NCBI RefSeq assembly: GCF_006345805.1
Contig: NC_043008.1
Location: 24,738,001-24,802,000, forward strand
Source: Octopus sinensis
Taxonomy: Eukaryota
Direction of reading: 5' to 3'
DNA length: 64,000 nt
Part shown: piece after piece, positions 11,819-23,195 of the stretch
Position numbering within the stretch: position 1 is the first letter of the stretch
Layout of the letters: the number at the start of each line of letters is the position of its first letter
Notes under the pieces: model-generated
Told to the model about the DNA's origin: nothing
Database searches by the model: none
The model's input: only the letters and a program-made list of their open reading frames with translations
Translations under genes and position numbers: made by a program

Positions 11819-12999
11819 ATATATTATATATATATATAGAGAGAGAGAGAGAGAAAGATAGATAGACAGACAGACAGAAAGATAAAGAGATATATATTTT
11901 ATACAAAGAAAATATTGCCTTACAATCTTTTGAAGAGGCAGTTTTAAAATTGATGCTACTTCAATGACTTGAAGCTCATATATAATATATATAGATGCTT
12001 TCACATTATAATTGTAATAACAGCTGGGTAGGAATGTATATATATATATCATAAATAAAGTATAACTGCATTCACTAGCTTCACGACATCTGCCGAAGTT
12101 ACATAATTTAATATCCTGCTAAATATCAATATTTAAACAGCCTATTAATAATTATTTATGTGTAATATTTATGCAAAATTATATGGCTAGAAGTGTTCTT
12201 CAAACTACATAGAATACAAATTATCAGAAACACTACTAAATTTTTTGCTCTGTTGCTTTTAAACGATTTACCTTCCACTCACGAATTACAACTTGGTAGA
12301 ACTTTGCATAATTGCTTTCTGACACACTATGAAATATTTTCCATTATAAAAGGAAGACATGTTGAAATAAGCGGGGACGGAAGTGGACCTAAATCATGCT
12401 TCCGTTTTGCTAGCGATACATTGATCATGAGTGTCCATCGTATTGCAAGCATTTGACATGATACTTCTGTTTGAAAGTAACACAATCCGTAGGAAGGATC
12501 ATAGGTTTTGCCCTCTGTTCTTTCCTATCCAGAAAAGAATTTAAAGATCCCTAAAGTATCTCTTTCTTTGAGGTTTATGACCAAAATTTGATGTAGTAAA
12601 TGTTAAAAATCTATATCAGAAGAGTATTAAATGAAAGCTGAGCGGAAAAATGTGACACGTATCAATGTGACACGTGATTTCAGTATTTTTCACACTATGT
12701 AACATATAAGCCATGTATCGTCTTCCAAGGAAGCTTGTTACGATACATAAATACATGTATACATACATGAATTCATACCTACATGCAAACATATATACAT
12801 ACATACACGTACATGCGCAACACGAAGTGAGAACTCAGCAACAATAGAGAAGAAAAATATTACAATTTTCTTGTTAGGTGGACGCTTATCCAAGATGCTT
12901 CTATATTCTGCTGATCACATTGATCTAACATTGACGAAACAATTGCGTATGTTAAGCTGCTTCTGGAATACAATATTGTTTATTTGGGACGCTTAATAT

Positions 13000-13155
13000 T
13001 GGTTTCAAAATTTGATGTAAGGCCAGCAGGTTCAGGGGAGATAGCTAGTCGATTACATTGACCCCAGCGCTCAATTGGTGCATATTTTGCCGACTTAGAA
13101 AGATGACAGACAAGGTCTACCTCGGCGGAATTTGAACTAAGAAAGTAAATCAGGA
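13000..13155 (-). mobile_element. Decayed tRNA-type SINE (family B)
   Basis: gacctcggcggaatttgaact-type head shared with 25438, 42712 and 50640. Confidence 0.65.
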
Positions 13156-13395
13156 TACTTAATTTTAGATATTACACTTGTAACATATGAAAAAGCTTGT
13201 CGAATACTCTCTGCATAAAAAAGTGAATATCATATCGAAAATTAACACAGCAGTGCCAATTTGACATCAGAAGGTCAGCCACAAGAATTTGTTCATAAAT
13301 ATGAAAAGCGTTTCCATTTTTTATGGTGGCACATATATTCATCACATAATTTGGAACAGTTTTCATCATCTGATATATGTATGTATATATGTATG

Positions 13396-13427
<32 letters not shown>

Positions 13428-13689
13428 ATTCCCCCTTCCCCCTCCTCTTCTCCCCTTTCTTTCTCCCCCACCCTCCCCTCTCTCCCCTCTCACCTCCCCC
13501 CTCTTCCCTCACCTCCTCTCTCTACACTACACCATACGACTTTATACATACACACGTCCAGACCTCTCATACGCACTAATACTCACACACACACACTCTT
13601 CTCATACACACACACACTCTCTTGTTGGAGCGAGGTCATTTAACCCTATTATCTCCCCTAATTTCGCTCTTGCGTCTCACGTTTGATCT

Positions 13690-13930
13690 TTGACTTCTGG
13701 CCGAAATCAGATCGCCATGTTGATTCGCTAGCCTCTGCACGCATTTTTTTCTCTCCTTCTTTCTGTGTTTTTTCTCTGTGTATCTTTCTGTTGAAGAGCG
13801 TAGGCTCGAAACGTTAAAGACTTGTTTTATTTATATTTCCTGAGCGCCATACTAATACAATTGTTTGTTTGTATTCCACCTGCCTTCGTCTTTTGTTTAT
13901 TTCCGTAAACCTGCCTTCGTCTTTTGTCTA
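13690..13930 (+). mobile_element. PLE pLTR-like repeat with variant hammerhead, ending at (TA)n
   Basis: 13783-13820: tcttt CTGTTGA a GAGC gtag GCTC GAAA CG TT aaaga. All stems are intact and A6 is changed to U. Confidence 0.6.
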
Positions 13931-14326
13931 TTTTCATAAAGCTTCCCGTTATATATATATATACACAAATACATATACATCGGTTGGTTTACACATTTCT
14001 GCTTGCCTAAATAAATCTAATGGAAAATATAAAGTTGTCTTATTGGAAATAAAAAATGAAGTCGAATCTGTGGAGGGTAATCTGCTTACCAAAAAAACCT
14101 TTATTAAATAGGTGTAAATTACGAAGTAACTGTGTCGCTTATGTCTACAATATACAAAGAGAAAATAGACTTGAAAAATATATTCTATGACAAGGGCGAA
14201 ATGCGCTATTGCATATTCGCATCTGCATATGTAACAGGCGTAAATTTCTACCTTATCCCTTTACATATGAGTTTCTTATCTACAATATCCCATTCACATA
14301 GATATGCTCCCTCTCATTTCATCCTT

Positions 14327-14365
<39 letters not shown>

Positions 14366-14570
14366 TCATCATCATTGTTCGACCGTGGTCGAGACAATGG
14401 AATTTACCATGCTACGCCAGACTTCACGGTCCATCATGGCATTACGGAGGTCCTGTTGCTGGATGCCTGTATCCCTGGAGATTACATCAGGGTAGGAGAG
14501 TGTGCATCCTCTGGTATTGCGAGTAGATGGCTTCCAGAGGAGAAGAGTAGAAATTACTTCTTTTTCAGCT

Positions 14571-17405
14571 CTACAACAATGTCCTACCTTTCACAAGAGA
14601 TGACACAGGTGGTAGTTTCCCATATATTTGCATTTTGGTTGGATGGCGCTTCCACGAGAGATTTTGAGCTCTCATAAGGAGGCGAGTGTAGGTTCCATCC
14701 AACCGCCTCTCAAGCTTCTTTGATAACGTCCAGGTTTCTGAGCCATATAGTAGAATTGGTTCGACTGTGGCTTTGAATATTTCAAGTTTGAAGTCTCTAC
14801 TTAGATTTGATGACCAGATCTTATGCATGTCATTACAGGCTGACCAGGCCATACCCTTTCTAGTTAGAAAGTCTTTTCCAGATGATGATATGTATGACCC
14901 AAGATATTTATAATCAGAAACCATATTTAAGGGCACATTGTTGAGAGTATGGATGATGCAATCACTGTTGGACAGGCACTTGTTTATGTATTCAGTTTTG
15001 GCCTCATTGAGGTAAAGACCTACACAATTTGAGGCTTGTTCAAGAGATTGTAAAAGAGACTGGGCATTGGAGAGAGAATCACTGATAAGAGCGATGTCGT
15101 CAGCAAAGTCAGTGCCTGTCAAGTACTCAGCTGGGTGTCTGGAACTTCTTCTTGGTTTTATTTCAAAGCCCTTGCCAGAGATGGTATCAACTGACATACG
15201 TAGCACATAATCAGCAATAATGATGAAAAGAAATGGGGCGAGTGTGTCTCCCTGCAGTATTCCGGCTTTGATTGAGAAAGATGATGTTTCTCCGTCAGGG
15301 GTTAAGATAGTTGAAGACGTATCTGTGTAGAGGACCTTGATGGCAGAAATGATTTTGTCTGGTATCCCATAGAGCTTAAGGATTTCAAACATCTTGTACC
15401 TATCTACAGAATCGAACGCTTTAGAAAAGTCTACAAATACCATTGCAAGATCGCGATTAAATGCTTTTGATTCTTCAATAAGTCTGCGTAGGCATAGTAT
15501 CTGGCTCAGCGTTGAGCGCCCATGTCTGAATCCATTTTGGTTCTTTCGGAGCAAAGGTTCAACAAAAAGGACAAGACGATTTAGGATCAGTTTGTTGTAC
15601 AGTTTTGCAGCAATTGACATTAGAGATATACCCCTGTAGTTGGTGACGAGGAATAAATCGCCTTTTTTGGGTATTGGAATGATTTGAGATTGGTGCCAAA
15701 TCTTTGGAACGACAAAGGTGGAAAGTGTGTGGTTGCAGAGGTTGAGCAAAAGTGTGTGAAATCTATCATCCTTCCAAATTACAGCTGGGATGTTGTCGGG
15801 ACCAAATGCTTTCGAGGCTTTTAGTTGCTTGGTGGCTGCTGTTAGTTCAAATATGGTAAAAGGGGAGGTGTTGATGTCCAGCGTGTCTGATATAGGCACA
15901 CTTGGAAGAGTGGGGTTATCAGGGATTTTGGCATTCTTCCCAAGGAGGTTTTTAAAATGGGTTGACCAATTTTCTAAACGCTTCTTAGCTGATCCCCCTT
16001 TAATTCTAATTGATGACCCAGAATTTTTGCCTGATAGGTCTTTGATGGATTTCCAGGCGACATGGTGTTTTTTACTAATGTGCTCTTTGGATAGTTTACT
16101 AATTTTGCCATTGATAAAGTCGACCTCGGCGTTCAAGTAAGCCTCATCAAGATTCTTCTTGGCAGCTATGTGTTGGATCTTCAGTGACTGGGATGGAGAA
16201 CGATGGTAAGCTAGTGATATAGACTTTAGATGGTTTCTGGCTTCGATGACATTTGGGCAATTAGAAGGTTTGCTCTGGCCCCTACTCTTCTTTTTGGGAA
16301 GAGTAGCCAGTGCAACTTCCTCTGTTGATTTGATGAGGCTGCTGTATACTTCTTCAATGTTCTCAGCATCTATTTCAGAAGTAGACAGAGATTGAAATGT
16401 GTTATAGACCTCAATAGTAAGTTGTTTGGACATATCGGGGTTAGATAAGACTTCCTCCCAGTCGATCATTTTCATCGGGTGAGGCTTAGCTTTTTTAGAT
16501 GAGCGAAGACTAAGCTTAACGGTAGCTGATACAATTCTGTGGTCAGAGCCGACAGAACTAAAGGAAGAGTAGGATCTCGAGTCTTTAACACTATTGCGCC
16601 ATTTCTTTCGAAAGATGAGGTAGTCAATTTGTGCCCTATCACCAAGTGGGGACTCAAATGTCCAAAGTTGACCTTTTGGTTTCATAAAAGAATTGTTGGA
16701 GGTGTAGAGATTAAATTCCTCCAAGAAGTCTTTGAGCATTTCTCCGTTCCGATTAGTTTTAGAGTTGAAAGTAAACTTGGTCTCATCGTGTCCTAGTCTA
16801 GCATTCAGATCACCAGCTATAACTAGAAAATTATGGAGAGGTACTTGCTCAATGGTTGAACGAAGGGTTGTACAAAAATTCTCAATCTCGTCTGCCACAG
16901 ACGAATTATGTGGGCTATACACACATACCAATGTTGTTTTCGGGTTTCCATCTATCTCAAGCACCATAATTCTAGGTGAGATTGACTCTATACTCAAGAG
17001 AGTATCACTAGCTTTTGATGAAAGTAGAAATCCGATACCTCCAACTGTTGAATTAACAGTATTCTTTGATGCTGAGAAGGTTACAAGTTGATAAGAACCG
17101 ACTTGATGGTATTTGAGGATGTTGTCAGGGTGGTAAAATCGGTGTTCTTGGACAGCTATTATATCAATGCCACGTGATTCTGCATTTTCACCTAGTTCTT
17201 CTAGACGGCCAAGAGAGCCGAGGGTGCGGGAATTGAGGGTGCTGAGTATCGTATGATTTTTACAGCTGATGAGGTGTTTGTTTGGTGTTGTTTGGTTGGG
17301 AGCTGACTCTTCTCCATCAGGTGATACCCGTCTGTTAAGATTGAGGACATCACCGTCAATGGATGCCCTTGGAGGTGCAACATGATCAGAGACAGGACCC
17401 GGCAA
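14571..17405 (-). CDS. RTE ORF: apurinic endonuclease + reverse transcriptase (944 aa; C-terminus lost by frameshift)
   Basis: QEH, YSPH, GDLNA, IDY and SDH (APE); NYRGISL, DFSKAFD, QGDTLAPFLF and FADD (RT). The true C-terminus GHCCRAEKEV..STTVEQ* continues in another frame to 14372. Confidence 0.9.
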   Translation of the reverse strand: MPGPVSDHVAPPRASIDGDVLNLNRRVSPDGEESAPNQTTPNKHLISCKNHTILSTLNSRTLGSLGRLEELGENAESRGIDIIAVQEHRFYHPDNILKYHQVGSYQLVTFSASKNTVNSTVGGIGFLLSSKASDTLLSIESISPRIMVLEIDGNPKTTLVCVYSPHNSSVADEIENFCTTLRSTIEQVPLHNFLVIAGDLNARLGHDETKFTFNSKTNRNGEMLKDFLEEFNLYTSNNSFMKPKGQLWTFESPLGDRAQIDYLIFRKKWRNSVKDSRSYSSFSSVGSDHRIVSATVKLSLRSSKKAKPHPMKMIDWEEVLSNPDMSKQLTIEVYNTFQSLSTSEIDAENIEEVYSSLIKSTEEVALATLPKKKSRGQSKPSNCPNVIEARNHLKSISLAYHRSPSQSLKIQHIAAKKNLDEAYLNAEVDFINGKISKLSKEHISKKHHVAWKSIKDLSGKNSGSSIRIKGGSAKKRLENWSTHFKNLLGKNAKIPDNPTLPSVPISDTLDINTSPFTIFELTAATKQLKASKAFGPDNIPAVIWKDDRFHTLLLNLCNHTLSTFVVPKIWHQSQIIPIPKKGDLFLVTNYRGISLMSIAAKLYNKLILNRLVLFVEPLLRKNQNGFRHGRSTLSQILCLRRLIEESKAFNRDLAMVFVDFSKAFDSVDRYKMFEILKLYGIPDKIISAIKVLYTDTSSTILTPDGETSSFSIKAGILQGDTLAPFLFIIIADYVLRMSVDTISGKGFEIKPRRSSRHPAEYLTGTDFADDIALISDSLSNAQSLLQSLEQASNCVGLYLNEAKTEYINKCLSNSDCIIHTLNNVPLNMVSDYKYLGSYISSSGKDFLTRKGMAWSACNDMHKIWSSNLSRDFKLEIFKATVEPILLYGSETWTLSKKLERRLDGTYTRLLMRAQNLSWKRHPTKMQIYGKLPPVSSLVKGRTLL

Positions 17406-17482
17406 AGCAGGGGCTGGACCTACATCCGCAGGTATACCATTAGGTCTGGTTCCCTGGGGAAGAGGAACCCTGGTGCAGTTAA

Positions 17483-17998
17483 TTAACAGTATTCTTTGAT
17501 GCTGGGGAGGTTAGCTTTTGATGAAAGTAGAAATCCGATACCTCCAACTGTTGAATTAACAGTATTCTTTGATGCTGAGGAGGTTACAAGTTGATAAGAA
17601 CCGACTTGGTGGTATTTGAGGATGTTGTCAGGGTGGTAAAATCGGTGTTCTTGGACAGCTATTATATCAATGCCATGTGATTCTGCATTTGCACCAAGTT
17701 CTTCTAGACGGCCAAGAGAGCCGAGGGTGCGGGCATTGAGGGTGCTGAGTATCGTATGATTTTTACAGCTGATGAGGTGTTCGTTTGGTGTTGTTTGGTT
17801 GGTAACTGACTCTTCTCCATCAGGTGATACACGTCTGTTAAGATTGAGGGCATCACCGTCAATGGATGCCCTTGGAGGTGCAACATGATCAGAGACAGGA
17901 CCCGGCAAAGCAGGGGCTGGACCTATATCCGCAGGTATACCATTAGGTCTGGTTCCCTGGGGAAGAGGAACCCTGGTGCAGTTAATTGTAAATTCCAT
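17483..17998 (-). pseudogene. Duplicated N-terminal RTE segment (171 aa), carries the ATG
   Basis: Repeats the first ~135 aa of the 944-aa ORF with a few substitutions, then stops. Confidence 0.9.
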
Positions 17999-19366
17999 AG
18001 TATTTTCAAATGGCTAATAATGTGTGCGCGCGCCACTACTACACACATTGGAACGCATTGTACAACCAAGTACTAAAGAAGATCTTTCTTCCTCCATGAA
18101 ACAAAGCTGTTCCCGCTGGACGTCAACCAGTATTTCTAAGCTACGGACCGAGTGATTTATTGTAAGGTTATCTCCCTAGATAGATTGCCTTCACTACGGC
18201 TAAGGAGCCCTTTCTACCCCACTGACACAGGTTGTACTGGTTTACAGTTTACCAGTAGTAGGATCCGATGCTGCATACAACAGACCTGACCTGACAAGAT
18301 CGTTCAGAATTGGTTGAGCAATGGCATTAATGGGAAGGACAAGTGAGGGAGAGCCATTTAGTACTTCAATATTTGCGTCTGCGTAAGTGTGAATACTGTG
18401 TTTATGTGCGAGAAGGCACATGTTTTTGTCTATCGTTAATTTAATTTAATTTTTTTTCTCACGTTTTTCCCTTTTAAAGTATTTCTTTTTAAAGTAATTT
18501 ACACCCTGGAGGGAGGGCTGAGGGTTTGTTTTTACTGTAAATTCTCTTTTCTCCCAACAAAGAAAAAGAAAGGGATTTTTCATTGGTGTCACCGGTATAA
18601 TTCAGACACGGGGAAAAACATCTCGGTATCATTCAAACTTGTATGTTTCTAATTGTAGCAGTAGTAGTAGCAGCAGTAAGTTCTGGTAGCAGCAGAAGTA
18701 ATAGATGTAGCAGCAACTACTGCTTTCGTAAAGTGAGAGGAAGAACGTTCGGTCAGAGAGAGTTCAAATGTCTGCTATATTGTTGATGGAACTTGCGAAC
18801 ACTGACCTTGACTTGGAGAAAAATCAAGGAGGGGCCGACTATGAACAGTACTTGTGAATAGAGTCGTGTACGAGCAGAGAGAAACTATAAAGAGTATTTT
18901 TCTTTTTTTCTTCTTATTCTCCACATGTTTATTTCTGTGATTGCAATAAAAAGTATGTTTGTATATTTCGGGTAGTCAAGAAGGAAATAAAGGTTAGCAG
19001 GTGTTTACGTCCATAATTTTAGCGTGCATTTAATTGTGTTGTTACAATAAAGGCATTTTTACATAATCTGATACTCAAGGAAGAGGTGACGACAAAATGT
19101 CCACACAAAAGATGGAAATATTTATGTTTCTAAAATTTTGTCCCAAACTGTAGGTTTGTAAGTCTTTAACTTATTTTGAGGAAAATTCAAATTGCTCACA
19201 GAAAATAGTAGATCTTCCAGTAATTACAGTTGTTTATCAGTAGTCCTGCTGGGTTGTATTTGTGTTTCTGTGTCTTCTGTGTCTTTGGCCGCTGACAGGT
19301 CGGAGCAGCGAAAACACGTCAGCCTCTGCTGAAGGCTGTCCACTACATACATATATATATATATAC

Positions 19367-19411
<45 letters not shown>

Positions 19412-20382
19412 TGATCAAAATAAGCAACAAGAATATCCAGAGGAGGTAATGCAGTACGATCGTTTCACGCAACTCCAGATAATTGAACAATGCAACAATT
19501 ACATCAATTTAAATGCAGAGCAATCCTCAGCTGCACAAAGACATAGAATTTAATTAAGTTAAAACAGATGGACACATTAGTATAATTTTATCTAAAATCT
19601 CTAAGAAGTTAAGGAGATAGACAGCAGACATGCTGTCTTCACTTCCACTTAGAAGCTACTAAGGTAACAGGAAGAAAGGCTTGTTACAGATTTTACTTGT
19701 CAATGTTTTATGGGGTCAGTTTTAATTTATAGACTAGTTTTATCAAATCCTTGTATATCTAAGGCCGAGAGAACAGTGTCTGTTAGTGGTAGGGCTGAGG
19801 GAGTCGACAGAAATCATAGTGGGTATAGACATAAAAATCATGATTTATTTGAAGCAATATCATTAGATTTGGTAGAGGAAATCTTAAATCAAGATGTTAG
19901 CTGAAAATTAAGGGGGATGGCCATTAGCAGACTATTGATAATGAAACATGGAAATCTTATGTAGTACTATAGTTAAATATTTTAAGCAATACTGCTAAAT
20001 TGTATAAAGTTAAAGTTTAGGGTTATTCAGAGGGTTATTAAGAAGAAGAATTATAACAATAAGATAAACCGTTTTATGAATACTTTTGAGTATATGCCAA
20101 ACTTTTACCACAATAGAGGGAGGAAAAGAAATTACCCAGAAATAGTTTAATATTTATACATATTACAAACTAAAATACTAACTTATCAGATGGTATCAGT
20201 GGATATTGAACAATTGGTATATACAGGTTTGTAATAAATGAGTATTGAGGTAAAAGAACATGCTAACTATATATTAATTAAATTATAATCTAAGTAGTTT
20301 ATTTTAAGTAGTGAATATACCAGTATTGCTGTATATAAGCTAATTATGAATTTATAAAGGTACAAAAATTAGATATATATTA

Positions 20383-20413
<31 letters not shown>

Positions 20414-21261
20414 ATGCTATTATAAAACAATAGAGAAATAAAATAATCAGGTAGGGCAGAACACCATAGAAAAGGAATAAAATAGCTTAATCACTAAAAA
20501 CACGATAAAGTATATGTAGCTTATTAACTACAATACAGAATATTTATAGAACATGTATAATTCAAAATATACTAAACAAAAATTATATATTTACTTATTT
20601 AGCTAGTATCAATAAAGACTGATACCTGGTATTAGGTAAGGGAATATGTTAAGGGAATATTTAATTTTACGCTAATGTCTTAAAACTAAGGGTTATATTA
20701 TAGGTTTTAGAAGTTATTATTGTTACTCCATACATGATATTTATAGTTTCTTAGGGGAATTTAATTAGAAGGGCCAGTTTTATAAAGGCCCTTATAAATA
20801 CTAAGATCAGGAGGGTATATATAATGTAGATAATTTATATATATATAATATATATATACATCCGTATATGTGTATGCATATATACATACGTTTATGTACA
20901 TACTTACATCTATCCGTATGTGTATATATATATATATATATATGCATATGCGGGCAGAGTACGTCACGAAATGTGTGCAACAAAAACGTACGAAGCACGA
21001 GTACATGTAACATAAAATATTCTTTCGAACAACGAAAGACACAAATGAATAACAAAACAAACAACTTCATCAGTTGTTGGCTGTTTAATAACAATATAGG
21101 CGTTCAATAAAACAGCTGTTCCCGCAAAACGAATTAAATAAAATTTGCGATTTTGCGGAGGATCAAAATAGGTAACACAAAGAGGACAGTGAAAACAAAG
21201 GGGAAGGGCTGCTAAGCCTAAAGGAGGTGGTGGTGGCGAACGCATAAATCAAGCAAGGACA

Positions 21262-21301
<40 letters not shown>

Positions 21302-21331
21302 TATATATATACATGCATGTATATATATATG

Positions 21332-21406
<75 letters not shown>

Positions 21407-21419
21407 GCATATATGGGCA

Positions 21420-22780
21420 CAGAACGTCACTAATGGTGCTAATATGAAGTACGTAAGCATACGATGGAAAAACGAGTGAAATACGTAAACAACGAGAAAA
21501 CGTGGAAAACAGGACAAGTTAACACAGAAAAAAGACCCGTCATCAATTGTCGGCTGTCTACTCTCCATTTCGAGCATTCAACTACAATATGTGTCTTTTG
21601 CTGCCATAAATTCTAAAATAAAATTTAGGATTTATGAAGGGTCAAATTTGAGAACAAAAAACTGACAATGGAGCCATACAAGGAAAGATGGCGGGTCGTT
21701 AGACCAGAACGAGTGGATAATAGTAAACGCTGAGAGAAACATATTTTTGAAAAGAGAAAAAGTACAAGAGAGAGAGAAAAACACGTCCGTTTGTTTAAAC
21801 GTCCGTGCAGGAAATGAAAGATGGTCACGTGAGGAAAAGAAAGATGGACGATGGTCACATGTGAGCAACGAGAGAGAGAAAAACAGAGAGACAAGTGTAC
21901 ATAGAGAGAGAGAAAAGAGAAAGGGGTAGAGATAGAGAGACATATAGAAAACTGTGGAGGGAGGGGAGAAAAAGGGAATTAGACAAGAATGGAGGAAGAA
22001 AATAGTAAAGAGTACAGAGTCGCACCAAAAAGTGAAGATAAATTTACATGGAAATGGATGCGTTGCCTTCAATTAATTAATAAATAATAAATTGTATTTT
22101 ATATATATATAATAATAATTATTATTATTTGAGGGAATAAAATCCAAACTTACAAGGAAAAGAATTCTATTTAGAAATATTAAATCAAATTCCATACAAT
22201 ATAATAACTATATAAAAAATATTAGAAAAAACCCACTTTTTATCAATTCAAAATGAATAATTAAATTACACCATCTATAAAATTACATATAATAGAAAAG
22301 TTTAAATTAAAATAACAATAAAAAGTAAAGATTAAGTAAATTACAAAAATAATAAAAAATGTATATAATAATGTATATATATACATGAGTACACCAACGG
22401 TGCACATAACATGAAATACGTAAACAAGCCAGGGAAAACTAGTGAAGTACGAAAACAACGAGAAAAAATGGAAGCCATGACAAGTTAACACAGAAAAGGA
22501 CCCTTCATCAGTCTTTATAGTTACTCCAATATATTCTAAGATAAAATTTAGGATTTATCGAGGGTCAAGATTTGGAACAAAAGAAATAAAAACGACAGTG
22601 GAGAGGTACAAGGAAACCGAACGAAAAAAAGATGGAGGGTTGTTAGATCAGAACGAGTGGAAAATAGTGAACGCTGGGAGAAACATATTTTTGAAAAGAG
22701 AAAAGATAGATGAGAGAGAAAAAAACCCACGACCGCTCGTTTAAACGTCCGTGGAGGAAAAGAAAGAGTGGTTGTGAAGT
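21420..22780. repeat. Two diverged direct copies of a roughly 400-bp repeat (21420-21830 and 22390-22780), PLE pLTR-like; related piece at 20945-21260
   Basis: Shared blocks: acaagttaacacagaaaa, taaaatttaggattta, cagaacgagtgga, gagaaacatatttttgaaaagagaaaa, gtttaaacgtccgtg. CTGATGAAG is on the minus strand. Confidence 0.6.
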
Positions 22781-22916
22781 AACATGCTTACCTACCACAT
22801 GGTTCCGGGTTCAGTCCCACTGCGTGGCACCTTCGGTATATGTCCTGTACTATAGTCTCGGGCATACCAAAGCTTTGTGAGTGGATTTGGTAGACGGAAA
22901 CTGAAAGAAGACCGTC

Positions 22917-22956
<40 letters not shown>

Positions 22957-23195
22957 ATATATATATATATGTATATATGTATGTATATATATGTATATAT
23001 TTGTGTGTCTGTGTTTCTCCTACCAACATCAATTGACAACCGATGCTGGTGTTTTTACGTCTTCGTAACGTAGCAGAGATTGATAGAATAAGTACTTGGC
23101 TTACAATAAATAAGTTCTGGTTTAGTCAATTTGTTCGACTAAAGGCTGTGCTTCAGCATGGCCGCAGTTAAATAACTGAAGCAAAGAAAAAATAA
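22779..23195 (+). mobile_element. tRNA-derived SINE (family A) with central (TA)n
   Basis: B-box-like ggttccgggttcagtccc, then ggatttggtagacggaaactgaaagaag, with a gactaaaggc..cagcatggccgcagt tail. Confidence 0.85.

Larger units (their letters stand above)
14362..18360 (-). mobile_element. Near-full-length young RTE-clade LINE with (TGA)n tail and duplicated 5' coding end
   Basis: APE+RT ORF, a short (TGA)n tail at 14362-14374 inside (TA)n, and a 5' UTR to about 18360. Confidence 0.92.

Noticed and set aside
18000-18360. Possible HDV-like ribozyme in the RTE 5' UTR
   Set aside because: These are known in some RTEs, but I found only a hairpin (actggt..accagt) and could not build the nested pseudoknot by eye.
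19280-19325. HHR-like remnant ctgacag..agc GAAA acacg TC agcc
   Set aside because: The core and stems are too degenerate to call.
19560-20700. Possible decayed L1-like 3' region
   Set aside because: Only vague translated similarity, with no diagnostic motif.
21110-21170. Minus-strand ccgcaaaa/ttttgcgg stem followed by gaa cagctg tt
   Set aside because: Possibly an HHR fossil, but the CUGAUGA core and stem I are missing.
22779-22850. tRNA-like heads here and in other SINE copies
   Set aside because: They are Pol III SINE heads without a complete cloverleaf, not tRNA genes.
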